DNA of 64,000 bases from Kudoa neothunni (Eukaryota > Animalia > Cnidaria). Each line of letters starts with the position of its first letter. The first letter of the stretch is position 1. The notes under the pieces are model-generated. The model saw nothing but the letters and a program-made list of their open reading frames with translations. It did no database searches and had not been told where the DNA came from. A program made the position numbers and the translations under genes. This document shows, in pieces, positions 45,162 to 59,273 of this stretch. Location of the stretch: contig OZ199839.1 in assembly GCA_964304625.1 (NCBI GenBank), positions 28,377-92,376 of the forward strand, read 5' to 3'.

Positions 45162-46246
45162 ATCTTTATCTTGAATATGCTTTATTTTTAATTGTAACAA
45201 ACCTTGTGTTATTTTTATTATTAGAAATTCTTTTTCTACGCTATTTTACGTCAATATTTAAAGATTTCAATAAAATTGCTAATTGTTTGCATATATTTAT
45301 GCATATATTTGTCGAATTTTCCAATCAAATATCAATTTAGTCAGAGATTCAGTTAAAATATGAAACAAATTAATTACTTAATAATAGGTGGGTTAATTCG
45401 GCATTTTATCACTAAATATTCCATAAGTTATTCTTATATTTCGCAAAATGGATGCAAGAGAAGATTTTGAATGCCTACTAGTATTCTAAACGGGTTGTTT
45501 TCTCATTATCAGGTCTTCTGTAGCCGAGGGCAGAGCCTTGATGCAGTAACTGTGTTCAACTCTCGCTATCGATCAGTCTACTGTTTCGGTACAAATGGGT
45601 CTCTTTTTCCTAATAGGAACTATTGCAAGAGTGAAATTATATAATAATGTGTAATTTTAAATGCAGATATAACTCGATCTAACACAGCAAGTTGAATTCT
45701 ACATCGGAATCTTAAGAGGATGCACCAATATGCATGAAATCTCTGAAGAACAAAAATCCTCATGAATACGGTTTAGAGGTGGTTGTCATAGTATCGAGGA
45801 TGTTTGGTGCGTTAAACTTACACACCACCACAGAAAAATAAGGAGTAGACTCAATCCATCCTACGTTGTCTATAGATATAACACTAAAGTATCACAACGT
45901 TATTGAAGATGGTCTAATCATTCATAACTCCACAAGCTAAAAATTGAGCAATTTCTCGAAATTGTTGTAAAAAATATTTTCGCAATAGAATTCTTAAATT
46001 AAGCCGAAAGTATGGTTTATAACTTTATTTTCGGCCATCGAATATTTTAACCATTTCTCTCCAGAATTTTTTGTTTATAGTCTGAAGATAACATATTACG
46101 TAAAAATGGTTAGCTTTATCGATTTAAATAGTTAAAATCATCCACAAATTTTTTATCATCAAACTATGGAAAAAATGAAAAGTAAATATAAATCCCATTC
46201 GTATGTATCATAATCACATAAAGGTTTCAAGCTGTCTTTAAAAGCC

Positions 46247-46660
46247 TGGACAATATGGCATAGTGGTGTTAGGTCGAGATCGCACACCGTGAGGTTGCTA
46301 GTTCAGTTCGAAACCTAGTCCGGAAGTTCTTGTATTCTTAATCCGAAATGAAGTAGGAAGGCTGCAAGGATCTATGATTTATCGCGGTCTTGCTTGCAGC
46401 TGGGAGGTGGGCCTGGCGGAGGGGTAGAACGGGTCCTCATAATCGCCTAAACGCCGGGGTAAAGGAACGAAACAAAAATTAATCATGGGTTTTTGCAGAG
46501 CCTACACCCGCATTTAGACGATTTTCGCAGGATAATACTGATTCTGGGTTAGGCCAGGGTATGGTTGGGGGGATGGTGGTTGCTCTGAAACGTGGATGTT
46601 TAGTTTTAGTGGGTTGATTTCCCACACTACCGCATAAACACAAGACGCTTTAATATTAAA
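46247..46660 (+). mobile_element. tRNA-derived SINE-like element
   Basis: Pol III A box TGGCATAGTGG (46256-66) and B box GTTCGAAACC (46306-15) with acceptor-stem remnants tggac/gtccg. Followed by a GC-rich body, a 3' hairpin gtggg...cccac (gttttagtgggttgatttcccacac) and an AT-rich tail. No intact cloverleaf. Confidence 0.7.
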
Positions 46661-46926
46661 TTAATTTTACAGTTAATTATATAAAACTATATTCGAACGA
46701 TATTACGCCGATTTCGTAATAATTGAGCGTTTATTCTACTCCAAGTGTACATTCTATCACATTTTTCAATGCTCAACTTGAATTAATTTAATTCGGTTAT
46801 TTTTGTGATTTTATATAACATCGAAAATAATAAAATTAATTGTTTAATTTACATTATTTCCTCCAAATACCAACCAAAAGAAAAGCACACTAGCTGTGAT
46901 GCGCAAGCACAACCTAAATCATAACA

Positions 46927-49900
46927 ATGGAAGTGGAGCCCGAAACAGTCCCAGGTATTGTCAGCACCTAATCGATTTCTTGTTTCTAACTAGCTGTTCT
47001 ATTGAAGTGTTGGTTAAATGGGGTAAAGAACGTATACCGGTTGAAATCGACTACTCAGAGAGTCCAATGGTTTTTAAAGCCCAACTCATGACCCTAACCA
47101 GAGTTCCAATTGAAAGACAGAAAATAATTTTCAAGGGAAGAATATTAGATGTGAGTTGAAACTTCTTTCGGATTATTGTGATTTTTTTAAATTTCTTAAT
47201 TACAGGATGAAGAATGGGCCGGATTCCGTGTTGGCAAAGTAAAATACATCTATATATATATATATATATATCACTTCATTAATTGATAAAATAATGAAAT
47301 TAATCTAAATCTAATAGAATACAATGATGACAATGGTTGGAACCGATGACGCAATACCAGCGAGTTTTTCGGATTCGAAAAATAATAATCATGCTCCTAT
47401 TGAGAAACCCCCTGAGCTTGAAATTATCGAAAAAGTATTATCTCATCTATTATTCAGTTGTCAAATATGCTTATAAAATTGAATATAGAAACGAATACCA
47501 CTTGGTTTCACCAATTTAGGCAATACTTGTTATATGAATGCATCGTTTCAACTTATCAAATGCATAACACCGCTGAAGAATCTGCTTTTAAAGTAAGCTA
47601 GCTAAATGTATTGTGGTATTGTGCATCGATAATGTTTATGTTAGAAAATCGGTTGATACTACCGGGGCTGAACAACCAACTAAATTGGCCCAATTTTATC
47701 GAAGTAATTACCGCATAGAATTAAAGGAGAAATTTTTATTAAATAAACAACTGCTAAATTTAAATAGACTTGAAAGATGTTTTTCGAACATCTGAGCCAA
47801 GTGATGAATCCTATCGTTTACAAATCTCTGTCAATATGTTAGTTAGTGTAAGTTGTGTTGTTGTCTGCACATTCATGTGTTGGTTACTTTGTTGTAGTCT
47901 GTGGAAGCGTTGCTGCCACAATTTCAAGAGCGTGATAAAAATGGATTACGAATTCAACAAGTACATTATAATCGAATATTTTCATTTGCACTCTTATTAT
48001 TTGTTGAATTTTAGGATGTCAACGAATTTATATTGAAACTATTTGACGTTTTCAGAACTACTAACTTTGTTTCCGGGGATGTGGAAAATGATTTGGAAGA
48101 TATTACTCAACAGATCTCGCCACAATTTGGCAATATTGTTGACACAAATTTGCGTATAGAACTCGAGGAAGTGTATGTTTTCTATAGTGGTGGGGATTGG
48201 TCTAACAATTAATCTGTTGTGTTTTTTGTGTAGTACCTCGTGTAAAGATATCCCTGATTATCAACCAACTAAAACCACAGTGTTTGAGAGTATTTTTTCC
48301 TTTGTTGTCGACGCAGGTATGCCATTATTTTCTGATAAACAACTGAATGTATTATTAATCCTAAGACATTACTGCCAACAATAAACTCTTTAAAATATAA
48401 ATAACCTTGGTTTTTATTCGAAACTAAGTAGTTATTGACATTCAAAGTTCAATACTAAAAATGTTTGTTCATTGTTTTTGAACCGAACCCCAATTATTCC
48501 CTGGACAACTAGATAATAATTGATTTTCTCATTCCATCGACATTGTGTGTTACTTTTCAATTATATCAATCCTTTGTTGTAACAATTGAATAAATATTTA
48601 AAAGTAACATAATAGTTTTGCCGTTGTTGCAATTGCAAGCGGTAATTTTTAGTACGTTCTGGGAGACGAATTTTTTACCTTGTCGTCTGATATTTTGTAA
48701 AAATTAGTCTTTATCATTTCCATGTGATTATCCGTATTTGCCAATCATTTACTGCTTGATACACCCATATTCTAAACATGTTAATGTATTTTTGACGTCT
48801 TCGATTTTCGTAGAAGAAGATTTTGAATGTTCTTTTTGTACTCCGGAGTGACTCGTTGGTTTTCTAAATGTTTTTTAGCATGTTAATTATTTGTCTCAAA
48901 TTTAATAATTAATACAGGTATATTTTAAGATAATTAGAGTGAAATTGTATATAATTACTAGCGCGAACTGCCCAGTGTTGCTTGGGGAAGATTTCGCGTA
49001 GATCCGTCTATTAATAATATTCAAAAAATATATTGAAGTTTCGAATTAATCCATTGAGACAAAATAACTAAACATATTTGAGCATCCCACTTTAAACTTA
49101 AGGCTTTGGATTATGAAATTTAAATTGTGGTCATTTCTTTTCAGGAGTGTTCCAATCCCGGCGTTCATTTCAAAATTTCGTGACTCGGCATCAACGCTAA
49201 ATAAGTTAAGGTCAGCGTCATTTTTTTTACATTCCCGAATTATTTATATTACATTAAAGTGTTATCTACAACGTTATTTTTTGGCCCGGGGGATTTTAAA
49301 AGTCGAATTCTGGCCCGGTTGGGGAACTTTGTGCATCATCAACTTTTTAAGGGGAAAAAATAGAAAAAGTAGTAGAGATAGAAGAAAACTTATTAAAATT
49401 AGCATCGCTTGATCCGGCCGGCATAAACATTAGTGCACTTTTCCCGAATTAACGGCTAAAAATCGCTTCAATATCAACATAAACAATTTATATAATTAGA
49501 CGAAATAAGAGTACAACCATCTCTGCATTGAATTTAATCGTTGGAAGTTCAACATAGCGGACGATTTCAATGAAATCTACGAACGCGGTGCTTGTATTTT
49601 AAAGCTTCAATCTATCTGATTATAGAATTCCTTATCAAAACGCTATTAATAATACAGACTTTTGCTCATATTTTAAATAATTAATAGAACCTTAAAATAT
49701 ACTTATCACGTCATATACATTAAAACTCCCCACATAGAGAGCGTATCTGCACGAATACCTATATTTAAGTACTAAATTTATATACAAAGTCAGATAGTGG
49801 CAGTTTATCAACATTTGATAGAGCATATAATGGGGAAAATTTACTTCAACCAACCATCAGCAGGTCATAAGCAGGTGTTAATCTTATTGTTGAGATCAAA

Positions 49901-52900
49901 TATTCCGTTTAACAAACTTCGAATCGACAAAATCACCATTTTCTAAACATTTATAGGGAGATTTGATGGCATGAAAACAATTTGAAGATTTTTTGAAACG
50001 TGGTGATTTTAAAAAAATTTCATAAATGTCTCTCAATAAGAAAAATTTTAGTCGCGTGTGCGCTCTTGTGTCACACACAGACGAAGGATTTTATATAGAC
50101 AGAAGATTAATAAGCTGAATTTATTTGTAAGAAATCTAAGAAAAATAATTGGAACCATTTGTGAGGGAACAAAAAATCTTCGGAGGAATGCTTTTAAATT
50201 TCCCCATTGCAGACAAATGGCAAGCTTCAATCAAATATTAACTAATCTTAATTAATGTTGAGGAATTTTTTAAATAATCCATCACTTATGAGAAAATTTT
50301 TGTTAATGTAATTGCACTATATATAATGAGTCAAATATGCTTATTTATGAGTTGGCGCGTCTTTTTAGTTTATCTGCGGTGGAGGAATTATTTATGCTAT
50401 TGTTCAAAGAAAGATTAGAAATTAAGTTTCAATTAATTTTAATTAATTATATATTTTAAATTTAAATATATGTGTGCGTGCGAATAGAATTTAAGCTTAA
50501 TTTTTGATTGCCTCAAAATTCTCGTTTTAAATATGCCAATATTAAAGGTTGAGCATAGTTTTAATTAAGATGGTGCGTCTGTTGATTATCTAAACATTAT
50601 TGTGCCTTATTGTTGGCAGTTGATTCAATTTTTGATTATTTTTTCACACAATAATACCTATTCATAAATGTAACTGGATTGAAATTCTAGATACTCGAGA
50701 TATAATGAGAGGTATCATAAAAGTAAGCTCATTTTTTCACATTCTCATATTAAAACTTTTTATTTTAGCGAATGGATGATACCATAGAAAGAACCCACGA
50801 GGAATCCAATAAAGAAGTCGTTTTCCAAAGGCATGTAAGTTGATCAATATTAGGGAAGGAGCTTTTGTTTACTCACTATTTTAACCATTAGAGCACATTC
50901 ACGCGTTTGCCTGCTTTCTTTTGTGTGCATTTGGGAAGATTCTTTTTCAAAGCCAAACAAAATATTTGCGCCAAAGTGCTTAGGGTAACATTAACGTTTT
51001 GTCTCAACAGCATTCTTCATTATGTGTATCGACCGTAGGAAGTTAAACTACCGTTTCAGCTTGATCTTTATACTTTGTGCTCTAAAGACCTTCAAGATGT
51101 GCTTCTCCCCATGCGAAATTTAATTGACAACGCTAATCGAAACTCCACCAACGAAGTAGAAATGGCAGTACTTTATCTGATTTTTAGCATCGTTTGTTGA
51201 GTTTAACTGTGTTTTTTTCGTAGGATGATACTGCGGAAGAACCCAAAGATGATAATTCAAATGTGAACCCTGTTGAAAGCGATAACTCCCCTCTCTATTC
51301 GCTTCCCGAACAAAATTTGGGTATTTTATTTGAAAGTTTGTTTTAAATCAGTTTTTGGTGAAACTTTGTGCGATTAAAAACTGTAATGTGGAATAAAGTA
51401 TAATTAAAATATTTTGTCTAACAAATGATTACATTGACGGAAAATCAAGATTTAAGGTTGTGTCGTAAACGATCCGAAAAGCTCAACCAGATGGATTAAT
51501 ACATGTTAATTTAAACATCGTTATGTTATAGCTGAAAGCCATTTGTAATTACAGTTATTGAGGTTTAATGTCACTGAAATACAAATATTATAATTAATAA
51601 TATTAGATTGCTCAAAAAATATTTACAAGCTATTACATATCTGAATAGTTTACGCGATAGATATTTCACTTATTGGTGGATTATATTTAGTTAACTGTGA
51701 TGGTAACTATTGCATGAATATAAAATTATTTTTTATAATTATTTTAATCCTTTATCTATTATATATACCAATGGTTCCCACACCCCTAAGGATGTGAACT
51801 ATGGGCTTGAGGATGCGAGTCCGATTTTAGTTGGATTGCGCTTATATATACAGTAAGAAACCAATTTCAAGTAATCCTCGAGGACCAAGAAAAAATTGCG
51901 TCAAATCGGTCGTGTCCAATTTCATACTTGCGTGTGCAACTATTTCGGAAAAAATTGACATTGAATAATGATTAAGTTGCGTTTAAAAAGGCCAGTTAAT
52001 TATATATTAATTTTTAAAAGATAATTAAAACTCGAGAAACGTGTTAACAGCACAAAAATATTTTTCGACAATCTATGAAATACTCCCCCTGGTGCTATCG
52101 GTAGAATAAGGCAGTTTCGTCTATATTGTAAATAAAATTTTCAGAATAACTTTTAAAAATTGTTCTGATTTGATTGGTCTACTCGGAGGTAGTTCCAGGT
52201 GTAGCATCAGCAGATTAGCTAATAAAATTTGATTTTTTAATGTTGTACCTTTTTTTAAAACAACGAAACCCTCAACGAAGTGCACATAAAGATCAACCCT
52301 TTTCTTTGGCTAATTGATTTCTCTTGATGATTATTGTGACGAAGTTTACTACAATCTTTTTACTTCGTGTCCACCCAATCCACTCATATACATCTTCATC
52401 AACAGAATTAAATTGTCCTGCATGCAAATGATTTCTATTTTTAGATTCTAAAAACACTTATAGGTTTTGATTATTTTATTTTTCATCTCTAGGAATCCAT
52501 TAGGAGTCGAGATAATAGATATTTTAAAACGTGATATAGTGGCAGTTTTTGGGTCATTCGATTGGAGACTTTCATCATAATAAGTAATGTTATACATTGG
52601 GGGAATAAGTATAGTTATAGGAGTTTTCGGCATTAAATATCGACTTAACTAAACAATAAACAAGAAGTACCTGAAAAAGGTGTGTGAAATTGGTCAGTCA
52701 CGCGACTTTTAGTTACATTATGTCGTAATGTTTTAAAATAATTTTTATACAAGTTTTGATTGAAATATTACTTTATGTAACTAGTTAAATATTTTGTTCA
52801 TATTAAAATGCTATACAAGGGTTTTGAGGAATGAGTGTATAAAATGTGTCAGATAAAAACATTAATTTGAACAATAAAAATTAATCATCGCAAATTATCA

Positions 52901-53659
52901 TCGAGTTAAACAGTTTTTGCTACTTTTATAATCTCTCTAAAATGAGCTTAATTCTTTGTTGTGTCTATCACAGTCATTAAAAGTATGATATTTTAAAAAA
53001 TGTTTACTTAATTTCTCCTCTGAACTAATTGAAAAATTCTTATATTTCTTTATTTTTTGAACATGACCTTCTATAATGAAATATTTACAATCTCGTGCGA
53101 AGCTGGGAAGTTCGCGCTAGTTTCCTATAAATACCAGATAAATTGGCTAAATTCAGTTATTATACATTGTATAATTTGCTATAAAATGTGTGCTGTATGC
53201 GTGTAAGTGATAACAATATTGACCGCACATAGTCAGTGTCGTAGACCTAACATCACCACTTCTGTATTTGGCATATTTTAAATTTGAGAATTCTTCTTAC
53301 CATGTCTCTTCCAATTATATACTTCATATTTGATTTACGTAAACTTATATACTTGTGTAGATCCAGGAACAAGTGGTTCTGGAATATACAATTTGAAGGC
53401 TATAATCACTCACAAAGGTCGTTATTCAAGTAGTGGTCATTACGTCGCATGGGTTAAAGTGGCTAAAAATGTGTGGGCCAAACTTGACGATAGTGAGGTT
53501 ACTATTCTTGACGATGAGTACATCAAGAAATTGTACGGTGGAGGTATATCACTAACATACTAACGTTAAATGGATGAAAAATTTCATATTGCTTTAGGTG
53601 AATGGCATTCTGCTTATGTAGCGCTCTATGAAGCTGAAACAGTTCCTCCAAAACTTTGA
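46927..53659 (+). CDS. USP14: Proteasome-associated deubiquitinase USP14/Ubp6, ~17 exons
   Basis: UBL domain VLVKWGKE...FKAQLMTLTRVPIERQKIIFKG; Cys box GFTNLGNTCYMNA; QQDVNEF; RLPAFFCVHLGRFF; His box ITHKGRYSSSGHYVAWVK; KLDD; LYGGGEWHSAYVALY. TGA at 53657-59. Two ~2-kb introns each carry a Helitron. Start codon ambiguous (46899 vs 46927). Confidence 0.95.
48958..50106 (-). mobile_element. Non-autonomous Helitron, copy B, in a USP14 intron
   Basis: Minus strand A|TCTTCTGTCTATATAAAA ... gcaacactgggcagttcgcgCTAG|T; colinear with copy A (for example gaatcgacaaaatcaccattttctaaaca is shared). Confidence 0.85.
51755..53120 (+). mobile_element. Non-autonomous Helitron of a different interior family, with a nested pogo-like remnant, in a USP14 intron
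   Basis: 5' A|TCTATTATATATACC; 3' cgtgcgaagctgggaagttcgcgCTAG|T. Inside are a TA|CAGT end at ~51851 and a minus-strand PKTPITILIPPM fragment resembling pogo DDE_1. Confidence 0.7.
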
Positions 53660-55528
53660 TTATTGACACATTGCCTATTTCTCATTGTTTTTCCTCATCC
53701 ATTCATTCGCTTATTCTTTTTCATGCTCCTACCACACAGCTGTCAGTTGTGTGACTAAAAACTCCTGGTTGTTTTGTGTATTTCTTGGTGATTAGTGGCT
53801 TATTTTTTCCTTTCTTCGCTTCAACAGTATTTTAGTAGTGATTATTACGCGCACTGACTACCGACTACTTAGACTCCAAACTGGTCTTGATATGACATAC
53901 ATAAATTATACAAGAAATTGAATTTATTTAACGATTAAATATTTTTAATTTTTTATGATTTTTTGGCCCTATTACTGCCATAAAAATATATTATAAGCAT
54001 TATAGGGTTATTAATACGTATATATTGTTTCTAAAAATTAAGTAAGCATTGGTTACCAGGTTAGTTATACCGCATACTTAACTTAAACCAACGCATAAAT
54101 ATCTCTCCCTATTGATCATCCACCCACACATTAATTATAACCTCCAAAATACATGTATATTAAAATCTACGTAAAATTTACAAATGCTTTTGATTTAGTT
54201 TTTTATTATTCAAATTGATTAAGACGAATAGCTGTAATTTTGTAATAAAATTTTAACACCCTTACCTTAATATTAGCTAATCATTCCTTATTTTATCAAA
54301 GAATTTATATAAGTTAACTTTATTTTATAATCATTTAACAAACTTAGTAATTGATCATATTTTTTAAATTAAAAATGATAATATAAACTTTATATAAAAA
54401 TCATAATTTCATATAAATCTAAATCTAAATAAATAAGACAGAAGCTATTTATGTGGTAAATTTTTATCATAAATCAGAGGTCACTAAAGTTCTTAACAGG
54501 CGAGCCAAACTTTAGATGTTCATAAGCTTGGAGGGCAGGATCAAACATTTTTTTGGAAACAAACAAATTATAAAAATGAAACAAAAATAAGATAAATATA
54601 ACAAAATTATGAATTTGTTTGAGTGTGAAACGTGGAATTGATTCATGTTCGATAAAAGTTTTCCTTGTGAAGTGCTAAATAGATCAGACATGTGGCGTCA
54701 GGGTATGCAGTGCATATCCTGGAGGGTATAGGAGGAAATAAAATTTTAGTTAAAATGTAGAATAGCGGCTGTAATCCAAATCAGCGACAAAGAACAAAAA
54801 AGAACCTGCTGATTATTTTATTTTTAAGTATTTATCAGTGTTACACCACCAGTAGATTACTTTGGCAATTGCCGAAATGTATTAGTGCAGAGAACTCCTA
54901 GAGAAGTGGTTCTTGACACAATCATAATATCCAGGTAGGTATAGTTTTGACTGTATTTAATTGTTTTTTGCCCTTCGCTATCGCTCCTAGGGACCAAAAA
55001 TAATTCTATGCATCAGATTCTAAAAAATAAACTTTATAGATAAACTATATATAGGAGTAGCCGGGATTAAGAATGTGAATTGCGCATACGTGGTTGCTAG
55101 TTTGGATTAAAAACTTCCGCGTCAATAGCCATTGTCAACATCTAGCCCCTCGCAATTATTTCAACAGGCTATGCCACCAATTAAGCCACGTCGAGTATAA
55201 TATGTTATATTAATTTTACAATTGAATTCGAAAAATTCTAATTATGATGGATTGTCATAATATATCCATGATGATTCCCTACTGTATCAATTCTTTGTCT
55301 ATACCAGGGGTAAATTAAATAACGTTAGAATTAAAAAGGGAGAATTTTTTCATTATGGGTTTCTGACGTACCTACAGATTTCTAAGGAATTATATTATTC
55401 AGGCTATTAAACTCAATAAGAATTGAGCAAAAATTCTTAAAATGTTTTTAAACAATAAGTTTTTGACAGCTATTTATAAAATTATTCTCAGTCTTTTTAT
55501 GCCTCGTTTATCATATAGTGGTGTAGCC

Positions 55529-55529
<1 letters not shown>

Positions 55530-55556
<27 letters not shown>
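55530..55556. repeat. (AAT)n microsatellite
   Basis: Read directly. Confidence 0.9.
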
Positions 55557-55561
<5 letters not shown>

Positions 55562-55810
55562 AAATGACTATTTTTAATTATTTCTAATCCGTAAGAGCGA
55601 AGGATTGGGAAACAATTAATTTGATTTAGAAAAATATAAACAATAAAATCTGTACACAGCTTGTGGGGGAGTTGATGGGATTAAAAATTGTCATTACGCA
55701 AAAGTATGTGCTTTTTAGGGCCAGAATTTGAATTTACCCCTCAAATAGCCTCTGCTATAGCTAAACCAGTATAAAACGTTAAGAGAAATATGAATTCGAC
55801 TTTCAAGTTA

Positions 55811-57516
55811 GGAACTGGCTATTGCAACTGATAGGATTATCAACTAAAATAACGGTTGTATCAAAATTTTAATGTGTTAAATACATATAACAATAAATGA
55901 ACTATTATTAAAGAAATTAGTTGACTTTTTACCTCTAAATTGGCCAATTATACATGAATTAAATTATAATTTTATTAAATAATTTATATCTGTATTGGTC
56001 TTTAAATAACACTGATTATAAGTAATGTAATTTTTATAGGGGATCACAAGGAACGTTGAACATTCTAAGAATTAGCGCGCGTGCTAAAAATACCCTAATG
56101 CGTTCCATTTTGTTTTTGTCAATTTTATCATATTTTCTTTATCAAAGATGGGCAAAAAACAACCAATAATATTTTTTAGTTAATTTTATAAAAGTGGATA
56201 TAAATGTTTTATAAAAATATAAAGGAAATTATTATATAAGGGATATATATTTCGTAGAATATTTTTTTTGAATTTAAATCTAAATTTCTCATCTTCGCTG
56301 TTTAGGTAATCCAATGGCTGTTAGATCAAAATCTTTTAGACTGCCTTACTGTTCTTATTTTAGAGGAGAATTTTAAATATATATAAAATTAATAAAAAAT
56401 TCTATATGATTATTTAACTATTGAAACTATGGTAGATTTCACGATACTCTATCTGCTGACCATTTTATTTATTACAAAAGTCTTCAGACATGTCATTATT
56501 AATAGCTTGGTGGAGGATGCTTCAGGAATTGCATTCGAACCTGTCTTGATTTGCCTAATGCTTTATATCTAATATTTATTTAAGCGAATTATACGTATAT
56601 TTATACTATTTCTTCTTTCATTTAGCTCGTTATTTTATACTCGATTATCGTATTTCGAATTGTTCTCGTTGGTATCGCTTTTTGCTTAAAGTTAATTACA
56701 TCATTTTAAATGAATATTTTATAACAATATTATCTCTAACATGGCTCCAATTCTCTTATTAGCAATTATTAAATTAAGGATAAATTCACTGCAATATTCT
56801 GCAGACGTTGGCATATGTTGTTTGTACAGACTAATGCATTTTATAAGCGCTTTGAATAGGGTTTAAATTTAGCTTTGGACGTTTCTTGTAATTTCGCATT
56901 GTTACTAGACTAGATTTAGCATTATTTTTGGATGGAAAATTATCCTGTATATATTCGCTGACAGAAAATATTTTTATTCGAATAAATTAAATAGTAATGT
57001 TTCAAATAACTGACATTAATGCTAAAATGATAAATGGTGATCTTTATTGCTGAAACCAACTATGAAAATTAAGACTAACAATTAAATGTAAAATTGATTA
57101 TTTTATCGTAAAATAATTTATGTACAATCATTGCTGCAAACAACCCCCATCAACGCAAGCTCATTTGTTCTTAATTAACGTATCGAGTATATCGATACTT
57201 CTTGTTATATAAAATAAACACAACAAGATTTGAAACCCATTTATATATTAACTTAAAAATGAATCTATTGAAAAAAATATTAAACAATGTTTGTATATTT
57301 GGACAATTCATAGGTAAAAAGTCAACTGATTTATTTTCTTTGGAAAATGTTATTATTAATATTTAATTAATTGTTATAAATATTTAAAAATTAAAAGTTT
57401 GATTTAAGCGTTATATTGGTAGATATTTTCATCCAATTTAATAACCAGTCCTCACACCATCATACCATCACACCCTCACCCAGGGATTAAACGGACCCCT
57501 TGCAATAGTCACTGCC
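55811..57516. mobile_element. Non-autonomous TIR DNA transposon, copy 2 (same family as 14547-16324)
   Basis: TIR ends ggaactggctattgcaa and (rc) ggcagtgactattgcaa; perfect 9-bp TSD ttcaagtta at 55802-10 and 57517-25; interior colinear with copy 1. The right TSD overlaps the TTAA of the adjacent piggyBac-like element. Confidence 0.9.
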
Positions 57517-57526
57517 TTCAAGTTAA

Positions 57527-58734
57527 CCCTTCCGGGACCAACCGATTTGAAAAACCGTGTATACCCATGCCCGAGCGGGGTCTCGTGAGACCTCAGTAAA
57601 AATAGAACATAAACTTAATTAAATTACATCAAACTCGTATATTTAAAAGTGAACGTAATATTGAACTAATTGACGTTACAATTATTATGTAATACCTTGA
57701 ATGTCAATAAATATCTTGATGTATGCATATATTGTTGATGCATGAAAAATTTAGTTTTCTTTTAAAATTAATGACATTATGTAATCAATAATTAGAAAGT
57801 GAATAAGGCATAATATTACACAACACTTGGACACTATATCGCTAGCACTCAGCTGCCACATAACGGTGAAGGGTTGATCTTAAGATTTTAAGATTAAGAA
57901 GTTCAACATATCTTTTAAATTAAACAAATTTCACATCATGTTTTTGAATGTATTATTTTGTTAAAAATTAAATATTCTTTCATATCACGGGCTATAAATA
58001 ATCTTGACCCAAATCAAATGATATGACGTCATTTGAGTTTAAAAATCCGCGTAACTAATATTTAGAGAATAACGTTTCGTGAACCTGAAAATTTCAAAGG
58101 ATAATTCCCGTCCAGGTGATCGGAAAAACATTGAAACGTTTTCGACATGTTCATGTAAATAATCAGTACCACCTGATTGGCCATCGCATTTCTCAATGTC
58201 ATAACACATTCATCCATGCTTTCCAGGTCTGATTCAGACATGTTGTTGTATTCAGATATTTCCTCAACCTCATAATAATCATCGATGTAGTCTTCATCAT
58301 TATTTTAATTATTTTTTGACAACAACAGATTCAATTTATGAGGAAAAGCAACAAAACGTAGCAGACCAATCGGATTAGTTATCGCTAATCTATAGCGGCA
58401 ATCTTCTGAGATTTTTGTCGTTATTTGCATACACATGTAATGTTTAAACGAAATATATTTTTTAATATTTCACTAAAATTAATTTTTATAAAACAAAAAA
58501 ATGAGTTTACGAACATTTATAATTGCAAGCAATCAAAATATTGTGTTTTATGAGTATTCTAAAAATTTTAACATCAACTGAAGCCGATTTTTAGAGTTAT
58601 GATTAGAAAGAGGTATCTTGGGGTCTCGGCAGACCCCGTTTGTCCTCCTGATGGTTACGGGAGTAAATTTCGATTTTTCATCAGACTCAGAGGGTAAATT
58701 TGAAAAAACCGTTGAAATCCTCTGAATTAGAGGG
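57527..58734 (-). mobile_element. Internally deleted piggyBac-like element
   Basis: TTAA|CCCT left end and AGGG|TTAA right end; subterminal palindromes ggggtctcgtgagacc and ggggtctcggcagacccc; minus-strand acidic remnant DEDYIDDYYEVEEISEY. The right boundary could instead be ~58655. Confidence 0.6.
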
Positions 58735-59273
58735 TTAAAAATTCAACATATTATAAAAATCATTGTCGATGTAAAAACCAACTTACACTTTCATGAAAAA
58801 TTCAATAATAATACAATATTCGTTCACTCAATTTTTAAAAAAAGAAAATCCGTCCCTTTAAGCGCACACCACACCCCCTCAAAACACATGAAAAATTAAT
58901 GCCACATATGTCGGTTAAAACGAGTGCTATAAAATGTGTATTAAAGAGACTTTAACGGTCTCATATAAATATGCGGAATCCGATTCCACCGTTATCAGTT
59001 TTGTCGGCTATTGTTCATGCTTAATCTGCAGATTAATGAAATTAGGTGTAGCTAACATTGTTGTTTCAACGAACACGCACCATTGTTACACATCACCTCG
59101 ATTAAAAAAATTGAAAAAGTATACTTGGTTGATTTAAAAACAGTTGACTCATTGAATAAATAGTTTAACAGTTGAAAACAATAAAAATTAATTATCCCGA
59201 AGAATAACGACGAATAAAAATCAACAAATTCACTGAACAGTTTCGCATTTGACACTGCTTCAAAGTGGAATCT

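Noticed and set aside
46247-46322. Functional tRNA gene
   Set aside because: A and B boxes are present, but the anticodon and T arms do not fold into a cloverleaf and no T-run terminator follows.
46400-46600. Self-cleaving ribozyme (HDV-like, pistol or hammerhead) in the SINE body
   Set aside because: Stems exist, but the catalytic cores and element order do not fit (no CUGAUGA/GAAA arrangement, no P3/L3/J4-2 match).
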